Shown: positions 18,071 through 25,407 of the stretch, piece by piece
Position numbering within the stretch: the stretch's first letter is position 1
Layout: each line of letters opens with the position of its first letter
Program-made: the position numbers and the translations under genes
The notes under the pieces: generated by a model
Told to the model about the DNA's origin: nothing
The model's input: only the letters and a program-made list of their open reading frames with translations
Databases searched by the model: none
Assembly (NCBI GenBank): GCA_963666835.2
Contig: CAXXGO010000003.1
Location: 448,001 to 512,000 of the forward strand
DNA from: Phycisphaerae bacterium
GTDB taxonomy: Bacteria; Planctomycetota; Phycisphaerae; UBA1845
Direction: 5' to 3'
Length of the DNA stretch: 64,000 nucleotides

Positions 18071-19189
18071 TCATTTCTCCCCCTGCGCAAACTTCTCGTA
18101 GCGGACCAGATCTGAAGGATGCACCGAAGGGGGATTCTCCTCGATCGCCGTCAGAACGTCCGCCACCGAGATCGGCCGCGGCTCCTGCCCCGCAATCGCC
18201 TCCATAAACGGGCGCTGGGCAGCCCGCTGGGCAATACTCTTGATGTCGGCCCCGCTGTATCCGGCAAGCCGGTCGCATAGTGCGCCGAAATCCACATCGT
18301 CCGCCAGCGGCCGGTCTCCGAAGTGGATTTCCAGCAGTCTATACCGTGCCGGAGCGTCCGGCAGACCCACGTGGATCTTCGCATCGAGCCGACCGGGGCG
18401 GAGCATGGCCTCGTCCAACATCCAAGGCCGGTTTGTGGCTCCGACAAACAGCAGAGCTCGATCGCCTCTGCGGTCGAAACCCTCCAGCTCCTGCAGAATC
18501 TGCGGCACAACCCGTTGCATAACCGTCGAGCTGTCGCTCTTTCGCTTTGGTACCAGAGCCTCCGTCTCGTCGAGGAAGATCACCGACGTAGGTTCCGCCT
18601 TGGCTGCGTCAAAAAGCTTCTGAATGTTCTGCTCCGCCTCCCCGACCCACTTGCTGAGCATCTGCGCCGGGCTGACTACGAAGAACGTAGCGTCAATCTC
18701 GTGGGCAATGGCCTTGGCGATCATCGTTTTGCCCGTACCCGGCGGGCCGTACAGCAAGATACCCCCGCCGCGGCCAATCCCATACTTCTGAGCCAGCTCA
18801 GGATGCGCAAACGGGTAAATCATCTTTAGCCGGATCTCCTCCTTGACATCATCCAGCCCGGCAATGTCCTCGAAACCGATGGTCGGCTTGTCTTTAACGA
18901 TCCAGTCCGAGGCATCCGCCCCGGAGTCGCCCTCTTTCTCGCGTTGCCGCTGGCGGGCGGCTTTCGGTGACTTGTGCAAACGATCGCAGTCCTTGGCCAG
19001 GTCGATCAACTCCGCGGCCAGCTCCTCGTGCTGACGCTGGGCCTCGGGCGATTGGGTCGCCGCGGCCAGCTCGATCATGCACTCGGCCGCATCGACCAGA
19101 TACGCCTTGGCCGCCAAGTAGTCGCCCTTCTGATAAGCGGCCACCCCTTTGCTCTTGAGTCGATCAAATGTGGCAAACGAAACTGCCAT
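18071..19189 (-). CDS. Single-domain classic AAA+ ATPase with an N-terminal MIT-like domain (Vps4/CdvC-like)
   Basis: FEDIAGLDDVKEEI, GPPGTGKT, SKWVGE pore loop, VIFLDE, GATNRPWMLD, GYSGADI, C-terminal PSVHPSDLVRYEKF; about 70-aa three-helix N-terminus. The AAA call is secure; Vps4 affinity is inferred. Confidence 0.85.
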   Translation of the reverse strand: MAVSFATFDRLKSKGVAAYQKGDYLAAKAYLVDAAECMIELAAATQSPEAQRQHEELAAELIDLAKDCDRLHKSPKAARQRQREKEGDSGADASDWIVKDKPTIGFEDIAGLDDVKEEIRLKMIYPFAHPELAQKYGIGRGGGILLYGPPGTGKTMIAKAIAHEIDATFFVVSPAQMLSKWVGEAEQNIQKLFDAAKAEPTSVIFLDETEALVPKRKSDSSTVMQRVVPQILQELEGFDRRGDRALLFVGATNRPWMLDEAMLRPGRLDAKIHVGLPDAPARYRLLEIHFGDRPLADDVDFGALCDRLAGYSGADIKSIAQRAAQRPFMEAIAGQEPRPISVADVLTAIEENPPSVHPSDLVRYEKFAQGEK

Positions 19190-19210
19190 GCGGTCCCTTT
19201 GGGCTTGTTC

Positions 19211-19585
19211 CTATTCGCGCCTCGTCACCGGGAGCCGGCGAACACGAATCGCTGTATCTCCGATCACGACAATCGCCCCGCGGACGAGGTCATCGTCAAG
19301 CTCATCCAGATTCGCGAGCAAAGCAGATGTATGCTCCTCTGGTCGACCGTTGTGCATTCTGAGGATGATGACCGACGGTTGGGCGTCAAACGAGCCTGCT
19401 AGCAACGTGCCGAAGTCCGTGTCCTGCGTAATGATGACACGTTCTTCGTCTGCCGCACGCCGGAGAATAGTCGCATCGTCAGCGGCCGCCAGTCCCAGAT
19501 CGCGAACGTGTACCGCATCGTTCCCCTCGGCTGCCAGATCGCGTGCAACTCTCCACGAAACGGCTTGGTCAACCAAGAACCTCAT
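19211..19585 (-). CDS. DUF5615 family PIN-like toxin (VapC45-like)
   Basis: MRFLVDQAV, DAVHVRDLGL, DDATIL, IITQDTDFG; follows a DUF433 gene. Confidence 0.9.
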   Translation of the reverse strand: MRFLVDQAVSWRVARDLAAEGNDAVHVRDLGLAAADDATILRRAADEERVIITQDTDFGTLLAGSFDAQPSVIILRMHNGRPEEHTSALLANLDELDDDLVRGAIVVIGDTAIRVRRLPVTRRE

Positions 19586-19586
19586 C

Positions 19587-19829
19587 TCAGGATCCAGTCT
19601 CTTTCAGTGGGACAATCCGGTCTTCGGTCAGTGTTGCGGCATAGCGCAGCGCCTCGACAATATCTTCTTCCTCGAGATCGGGGTATGCCTCCAGGATCTC
19701 ACCGTGAAGCATACCACTGGCCAAGCAACGTACGACGGTGGCGACGGGGATCCGCAAACCGCGAATGCACGCCTGCCCACCCATCTGTTTGGGATCAAAA
19801 GTCAACCGTCCCCATTCCATTGTTCTCAT
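19587..19829 (-). CDS. DUF433 family antitoxin
   Basis: DPKQMGGQACIRGLRIPV...EILEAYPDLEEEDIVEALRYAA. Confidence 0.92.
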   Translation of the reverse strand: MRTMEWGRLTFDPKQMGGQACIRGLRIPVATVVRCLASGMLHGEILEAYPDLEEEDIVEALRYAATLTEDRIVPLKETGS

Positions 19830-20048
19830 CCTTCACGCAATCACCGTCTGTCACGCAGAAAGCCCCGGTTTCCGCGCCGTAGTGTCTACCCCAAGAACTC
19901 AAGCCCCATCGCAATTGGCAACTCGGCGGAAGCCCCCCCTTCTCAAAACGAAATTTCATTATCGTGCTCGTGCGGAACAAACACCAAACCCTATGATAAG
20001 AGCCCCCCTCATACCAGCAACGTATTCGTGCCACACGAATTCCCAGCA

Positions 20049-20774
20049 TCAAAGCTCCTCGAAGAAGCGATTCTGCCAGTCCGGAATGCCGTTCACTCCT
20101 GGGCACGCTCCGGTGTAAGGTTGTTCAAGAACTCGCGCCGGGATCCAAACATACTCGTGTTCTCTCAATGTCGCACGTACTGTTTGGCGGACTTCATCCT
20201 TGAGCCCGTCTTCATTGACAATCCCAGCCAGCCGACCGAAGTTGCTCGCACATATCCGTGCATAACCCCATTCCTCGTTATTGATAAGGCAAACAGCCGG
20301 CAACCGGACAGCGCCATGATAGCTCGCGTCCTGTATTTGCGGGCACATCTCCACCTTCGCTTGATCCGGAGAACAGTCAAAATCAGTAGTCAGGTTGAGA
20401 GAGAGCTTCGTGCAGAGATCATCCGCAAACCGCCTGAACTCATCGACCGCAACATCCCAGACAAAACCAAACGGGCATTCACTGCGCTTCGGGTCATCTG
20501 CCTCTGACAGAACCTCTAACCACACGACATCTGCCGGCCTCTTGAGACGCGGAGACTCCATTGAGTTCGGTGTCGTATCATTCCGCGCACTGTTGGCGTT
20601 CTCAATCCTATCCTGGCCGATAGCCAGCACCGCCTCGCTCAGCGACAAACCGAAAACACCGCGGATCACTCGGATGGAGGAAACCGCAGTAGCTCCATCT
20701 GACATCAGCGTATCGAACACATCCACCGGCGTTGCACCGCTTGTCTTTAACTCCACGTATTTCGTCGTGTCCAT
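20049..20774 (-). CDS. Hypothetical protein (N-terminal L7/L12-CTD-like helical motif)
   Basis: 241-aa ORF in a locally AT-richer segment; SIRVIRGVFGLSLSEA motif; C-terminal PYTG..DWQNRFF. Confidence 0.6.
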   Translation of the reverse strand: MDTTKYVELKTSGATPVDVFDTLMSDGATAVSSIRVIRGVFGLSLSEAVLAIGQDRIENANSARNDTTPNSMESPRLKRPADVVWLEVLSEADDPKRSECPFGFVWDVAVDEFRRFADDLCTKLSLNLTTDFDCSPDQAKVEMCPQIQDASYHGAVRLPAVCLINNEEWGYARICASNFGRLAGIVNEDGLKDEVRQTVRATLREHEYVWIPARVLEQPYTGACPGVNGIPDWQNRFFEEL

Positions 20775-20946
20775 TGTACGGCTCGCGACTCAGGCGGTAT
20801 TCCTTGGATCGGTGCGAACGCAAGTGACGAAGCTCTGCTCTTGCCACCCAGGCCACCTCGAACCACTTTGCCGCTCCTTGGCACAGGTAGAATAGGGGAA
20901 AGCACTCTCGACTGTCCCAATGCTCTTGCCCACGAGTGGATCCCCT

Positions 20947-21555
20947 CTACTTCTGCTTCTCCCCCTCGCCCTTGAGGGCGTTCAGTTCGGCACGCAGGCC
21001 GGCGAGTTTGTCTAGTTCCTTCTGATGCTCCGCTTCCGTCTCGGCGTCGATCAGGCGGTCGATCTCGTCGTCGGTGACGACCTCGCCCGCCTTGCTCATC
21101 TCAATGTCTTGGGCGGCGACGTCCTCCACCGTATCGAGGAACATATCCATCCGCTCTTCCATGGTCTGAGACTGCACCATGGCCTTCTCCCAATCGGCCT
21201 GGGTCTTGACCAGATCCGTCTCGCCGAAGAGCTTGCCGATCTCCCCGGCCATCATCCCCATCGCCTGGGCAAAATCGGCCGACGCCTCCGCCTGCCGCTT
21301 GACCAACAAAGCGTTCTTGACGGACAGAAGCTGTCTTTCGAGCATCCGGCGGATAGTGGCGGTCTTCTTGAGCGAGTTGCGAATGAAGACGTATTGCTGG
21401 GTGTCGCCGATCTTCTTGGCGTGCTGGGCGTTCTTGATGAACTCATCCTGGAACTTGCCCTGCTCGCGAATCGACTTCTCTATCCGGCGGATCCCCTGCC
21501 GGATCTTGATGTCTCGTTCGATCCGCCGCTCTTCCGGTGATTTGAAAAGTCCCAT
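20947..21555 (-). CDS. ESCRT-III/Snf7-PspA superfamily-like protein (Vps2/Vps24/CdvB-like)
   Basis: 202 aa, all-helical pattern; MGLFK amphipathic start; basic N-half, acidic C-half; DDEIDRLID helix; terminal LRAELNALK. Confidence 0.75.
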   Translation of the reverse strand: MGLFKSPEERRIERDIKIRQGIRRIEKSIREQGKFQDEFIKNAQHAKKIGDTQQYVFIRNSLKKTATIRRMLERQLLSVKNALLVKRQAEASADFAQAMGMMAGEIGKLFGETDLVKTQADWEKAMVQSQTMEERMDMFLDTVEDVAAQDIEMSKAGEVVTDDEIDRLIDAETEAEHQKELDKLAGLRAELNALKGEGEKQK

Positions 21556-21642
21556 GAGAATTAACTCTCAGATATCCAAACGCGTCCACCGGCCAACCGC
21601 CGCAACCGATTACAGCTTCCCCCGGCGCCCCTGAGCCCGCGG

Positions 21643-21858
21643 TCAATAATACTCGCGCTCCGGAATGATAAGCCAAAGCACGAGGTAGATGACGCACATA
21701 ATGAAACCGGGAAAACCAATTGGCAGTATCGATAACAGTGCATAAACCACCCGCACGGCAACCGGGTCAATACCCAGGTACTCGCCGAGTCCGCCGCACA
21801 CCCCGCCGACCCATCGGTTGGCCACGCTTCTTCGCAACTGCTTCGGATAACCATTCAC
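21643..21858 (-). CDS. pspC: PspC domain protein
   Basis: LRRSVANRWVGGVCGGLGEYLGID...RV...YLVLWLIIP, the PspC signature. Confidence 0.95.
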   Translation of the reverse strand: MNGYPKQLRRSVANRWVGGVCGGLGEYLGIDPVAVRVVYALLSILPIGFPGFIMCVIYLVLWLIIPEREYY

Positions 21859-21906
21859 CGTCTTAATCTCATTCCATCCGCCACCGCGGTCCGCCCGCCG
21901 ACCCGG

Positions 21907-22512
21907 CTACTGTTCGGGAGCCGCTTGTCTTTCCCGCACGCTCCGATCGGCTTCGTCGAAGCCCTCGGTTGTGTCGGTGATAGCCCCGGCGTCCATCTTC
22001 TCCCACACGTTCATTACGGTCTGCCCCGCTTCTGTCAGACCGGCGGCACCTTCGTCCACCGTAGCCCCCAACGCGAGAATCTCGTCCAGCCTCTCCTGGT
22101 AGACCTCGGCCCTGATCCCGTCCGACTCGATTAGCTTGCCGAGCCGCAGCATGTCCGCTTCACTGATCAACCCCAGCTTCGACGATTGCCCGGCTCGTTC
22201 GGTGTTCTCGCGCAACATACGCAGGCGGGATACGGTCATCATCTCTTTGCTGCGGACGTTGAGCTGCCGCGAGAGCATCAACTGCTCACTCGTGCGCAGT
22301 TCAAACTCCTGGGCGTAAGCCCGCCGAAGCTCCGGAGTCTTTTCCTGGGCTCCGCGCTCGAAGATCCCCTGCTTCTCCTTGGCAAGCTTCGCGATCTTGT
22401 TGAGCAGGCGCGTACGGTCCTTCTCGAGCAGCAGTTCCTGCCGCCGCAACTCCGTCCGCGTCATCCGCGAGAGCGGTCTCTTTCGCTTGGTGAGCCATTC
22501 GAGAAAGGCCAT
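21907..22512 (-). CDS. Helical coiled-coil protein, putative divergent ESCRT-III-like subunit
   Basis: 201 aa; MAFLEWL amphipathic start; long basic helical hairpin, acidic C-half; parallels the Snf7-like region of the neighbouring gene. Confidence 0.6.
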   Translation of the reverse strand: MAFLEWLTKRKRPLSRMTRTELRRQELLLEKDRTRLLNKIAKLAKEKQGIFERGAQEKTPELRRAYAQEFELRTSEQLMLSRQLNVRSKEMMTVSRLRMLRENTERAGQSSKLGLISEADMLRLGKLIESDGIRAEVYQERLDEILALGATVDEGAAGLTEAGQTVMNVWEKMDAGAITDTTEGFDEADRSVRERQAAPEQ

Positions 22513-22578
22513 AGTCAACACATCCCCCGCAAAGCGGAAAAACCCACTAGTGACATCGCATCGTCACAATACCGACTT

Positions 22579-24042
22579 TCAGATAGCCTCCGGATCGGCC
22601 GGTCGATCCTTCTGCTTCTCAGGCACGTCCGTAGTACCGGAGTCCGCCAGCGGCGGCATGGCCGAATCCGCCGCGGCGGTCGAAGCCGGCTCCTCCGCGG
22701 TCGGGGCTGCCTTGTCCGGCTCGACCGGGGCGGCGGCGGGCCCCTCGAACTCGCGCAGGATGGCCAGCTCATCTTCGCTCATTAGGGCTTGTTCCATGCC
22801 GGTTTCGAGCCCCCCGACCATCTCCGCGTCGGCCTGCAGCGTCTCGAGCATCTCCTCGGCCGCGACGGCGTGTTCGGTCAGCTCCGTTGTGTCGGGCAGC
22901 TTGGCCGCCTCGCCCTGCTGGATCAACGTCAAGTTGTGGATGTCCGTACTGATGATGTTGATCTGCTGATTCAGCATCGCCGCAGTCGTGTTCTGCCGAG
23001 AGATATCCTTGCGCATCTGGGCCAGTTGCGCCGCGATCCGCCGCCGCGGAACTTGCGACGTCGCAGCCTTGCCCTCTTCGAGGAGCGTAGCCTCCTTCTT
23101 CTCCAGCTTGCCGATGTCTTCGTAGATCCGATCGCGGCGTTGGGCCAGCGCCGCCCGCCGTTCCGCCAGCAAGTTGATCTTCTCCGCGTCGTCGCCTTCG
23201 CCGGAGAAGAGCTGTTTGATTCGATCGATGACGTTCATCGAGTGTCTCTCCTGACGGTGCACTGGTGCACCCCGGAACAACAGGAATTCGCCTTCCTTAC
23301 GGGTGAGGCGTAGCTCCGGCTCAGCGTCCGCCACTTGCTGGAATCCCGCGCGGACTACCTCCTCAGGAAGTCCCGTCTCTCTAGCTACCGACGATACCGA
23401 TAACCCGCCGGTGAGCAAGTCGGCGCTGCGGGCTTCGATCCCGTCACGAACCCGCTCCAGTTTCTGCTTCGCCCCTTCCGGATCGAATATTTTCAACAAC
23501 CGCGGATCCACATTTTCGCCGCCGCCGGTGGTCTTCCAGCCACCGCACCCGTCCGGCTCAATCAACACCACGGTTACATCCCCGGCAGAAAGTGAAGCCG
23601 CCCGAGCCTCTTGCGAAAAGCCCGTTGTGCTGCACACGCCGATGATGTGCGGCACCCGCTCGTCGGCTACCAACTTGCGAACGTGATCGCTCAGCTCCCC
23701 CAGACCGATCGGCGGCGGTTCGCTACTGCCCGGGTCGGCGAAGTGACTCAAGGGCGACAGAACCGAGGCAACCGCGACCCCTGTCCGTCGCTTCCAAAAT
23801 AGAAAACGACGTTCATAGCCATGTAGCGCGATCCGACGGTTGGCCGGAAGCGTTTTGAGCAGTTCACGGTCGTAATTGCGGTTCTTGGCCATCAAAGCCC
23901 GCAGCCGGTCACCCTCGTCATGCTGCGACCGCTGCCAGGATGATCCGCGTAAGTACTTTCGCTTCGCCGCTCCCAGATTCGCCTCGACCCCCGAGAGGAA
24001 CTCGGTCTCGTACTGAAGAGCTTTCGATGCGTCAATCGTCAT
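22579..24042 (-). CDS. Fusion protein: restriction-endonuclease-like fold + winged helix + Snf7/ESCRT-III-like C-terminal domain
   Basis: IIGVCSTTGFSQEARAA..VVLIE (Mrr-like C-terminal motif); LSVSSVARETGLPEEVV..LRLTRKEGEFLLF (wHTH); residues 269-487 begin MNVIDRIKQLFSG, form a helical hairpin, and end SEDELAILREFE + Pro/acidic tail. Confidence 0.7.
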   Translation of the reverse strand: MTIDASKALQYETEFLSGVEANLGAAKRKYLRGSSWQRSQHDEGDRLRALMAKNRNYDRELLKTLPANRRIALHGYERRFLFWKRRTGVAVASVLSPLSHFADPGSSEPPPIGLGELSDHVRKLVADERVPHIIGVCSTTGFSQEARAASLSAGDVTVVLIEPDGCGGWKTTGGGENVDPRLLKIFDPEGAKQKLERVRDGIEARSADLLTGGLSVSSVARETGLPEEVVRAGFQQVADAEPELRLTRKEGEFLLFRGAPVHRQERHSMNVIDRIKQLFSGEGDDAEKINLLAERRAALAQRRDRIYEDIGKLEKKEATLLEEGKAATSQVPRRRIAAQLAQMRKDISRQNTTAAMLNQQINIISTDIHNLTLIQQGEAAKLPDTTELTEHAVAAEEMLETLQADAEMVGGLETGMEQALMSEDELAILREFEGPAAAPVEPDKAAPTAEEPASTAAADSAMPPLADSGTTDVPEKQKDRPADPEAI

Positions 24043-24048
24043 CTCGAT

Positions 24049-24318
24049 CTACTTCCGATCAGGGGGGCCATCAATCAACGGTGCTCCGCACTGGCTGCAG
24101 TATCGCCCTTCACGAACTTCGGTCTTGCCACATTGCTCCCTCGAACAGACTCGCACTCGGGGTCTTTGTCCTCGACCACCCCGCGGACCGCGAAGGACGG
24201 CGAAGAACCCCTTGCCGACCTCCCCGAAAGCCCGCGCAATGACATACAACAAGCCAAACAACAGGGCCGCGATCCCCAGTACGAGAATGAGAATGATAAC
24301 CAGAGCATCACCGGTCAT
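24049..24318 (-). CDS. Small membrane protein with a C-terminal zinc ribbon
   Basis: One long N-terminal TM helix; CSREQC...YCSQCGAPL; 6-nt gap to the next gene. Confidence 0.8.
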   Translation of the reverse strand: MTGDALVIILILVLGIAALLFGLLYVIARAFGEVGKGFFAVLRGPRGGRGQRPRVRVCSREQCGKTEVREGRYCSQCGAPLIDGPPDRK

Positions 24319-24337
24319 CCCCGCCCCCCTAACGTAC

Positions 24338-25366
24338 TCACTTCAGAACACTCAGGTCGTTGCCGCAGAAGATGCAGAACCGATCACTCGCATGCACGAA
24401 GGCCTGGCAAGCGGCGCATCGCGGCACCGATGCCACCAGTTGCTGCCCGCATTGTATACAGAACTGATCGTCGCGGTGGACCGGGTTGTTGCACGCCGGG
24501 CAAACCGGATCCCCCCCCGGCGGCACCCAACACCGCGAGGCCGCCCGCTCCGTCTCCGCCGGCGCCCCCGCCACAGCGTCCAGCATCTGCCGCGCGGAGG
24601 AGAATCGTCTTTCGTATCCCGTGTACGACCGCTGGAATACCTGATCCAAATGGGCGGGAACCCCGGACCGCAACGAACTCGGCAAATCACCGCCCTGAGG
24701 CTTCTTGCCGGTCAGCATCTCGAACAGGACTACTCCGCATGAAAACAGGTCACTGCGTGCATCCAGCTCTGCACCTTCCCGTTGTTCCGGAGACATATAA
24801 GCCAGAGTACCCGCAATGCTCCGCCCCTCTTCGGTCTGCATGCTCCCGCTCTGCATTATCGATTGCGCGGTGACACCGCCCACGCGCCCGAGACCGAAAT
24901 CCGTAATCTTGACAGATTGCTCACTGATGGAGGCAAGCTCCTCGAGCGGATGACTCAACAGCACGTTCGCCGGCTTGATGTCTCGATGGACAAGATTGTT
25001 CTCATGCGCCGCCGCCAGCGCTTGAAGGATTCCCCGAAGGACCGCCACGGCCGCACCGACGGGAAACTCCCCCTGATACCGATCAACCGCCTCCCGCAGA
25101 GACGGGCCGTCCACGTACTCCATAACCAGATACGGCGGGTCGGCATAGGGATCGAGATCAATGGCCCGGACGATGTTGGGATGGCGTAACCCGTGCACCG
25201 CAGTACCCTCGCGCTGCAGGTTCCGAACAAACTGCGGGTCGGTCGGGATCTTGATGGCCACCGCCTCACCGAACACGTGATGGCGCGCCCGCCAGACCTC
25301 GCCGAAGCTGCCCGCCCCGACGCGCTGCTCAAGCAAATAGTTGCTTATCCGGTCTCCCTCTTTCAC
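24338..25366 (-). CDS. Hanks-type Ser/Thr protein kinase with a C-terminal double zinc ribbon, no TM segment
   Basis: GGAGG RBS before GTG 25366; GAGSFGEVW, VAIK, HRDIKPAN, DFG, GTLAYMSPEQ; CPAC/CIQC/CAAC/CIFC. Confidence 0.93.
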   Translation of the reverse strand: MKEGDRISNYLLEQRVGAGSFGEVWRARHHVFGEAVAIKIPTDPQFVRNLQREGTAVHGLRHPNIVRAIDLDPYADPPYLVMEYVDGPSLREAVDRYQGEFPVGAAVAVLRGILQALAAAHENNLVHRDIKPANVLLSHPLEELASISEQSVKITDFGLGRVGGVTAQSIMQSGSMQTEEGRSIAGTLAYMSPEQREGAELDARSDLFSCGVVLFEMLTGKKPQGGDLPSSLRSGVPAHLDQVFQRSYTGYERRFSSARQMLDAVAGAPAETERAASRCWVPPGGDPVCPACNNPVHRDDQFCIQCGQQLVASVPRCAACQAFVHASDRFCIFCGNDLSVLK

Positions 25367-25407
25367 AAAGACGATCCCTCCACCGCCATCCACAATCACA
25401 AGGCGAA

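Noticed and set aside
18071..19189. Calling the ATPase FtsH, Cdc48 or proteasomal ARC/PAN
   Set aside because: No TM or HExxH protease domain, only one AAA module, no OB/coiled-coil N-domain and no HbYX tail. The symbol vps4 is also withheld because of the RPGR motif
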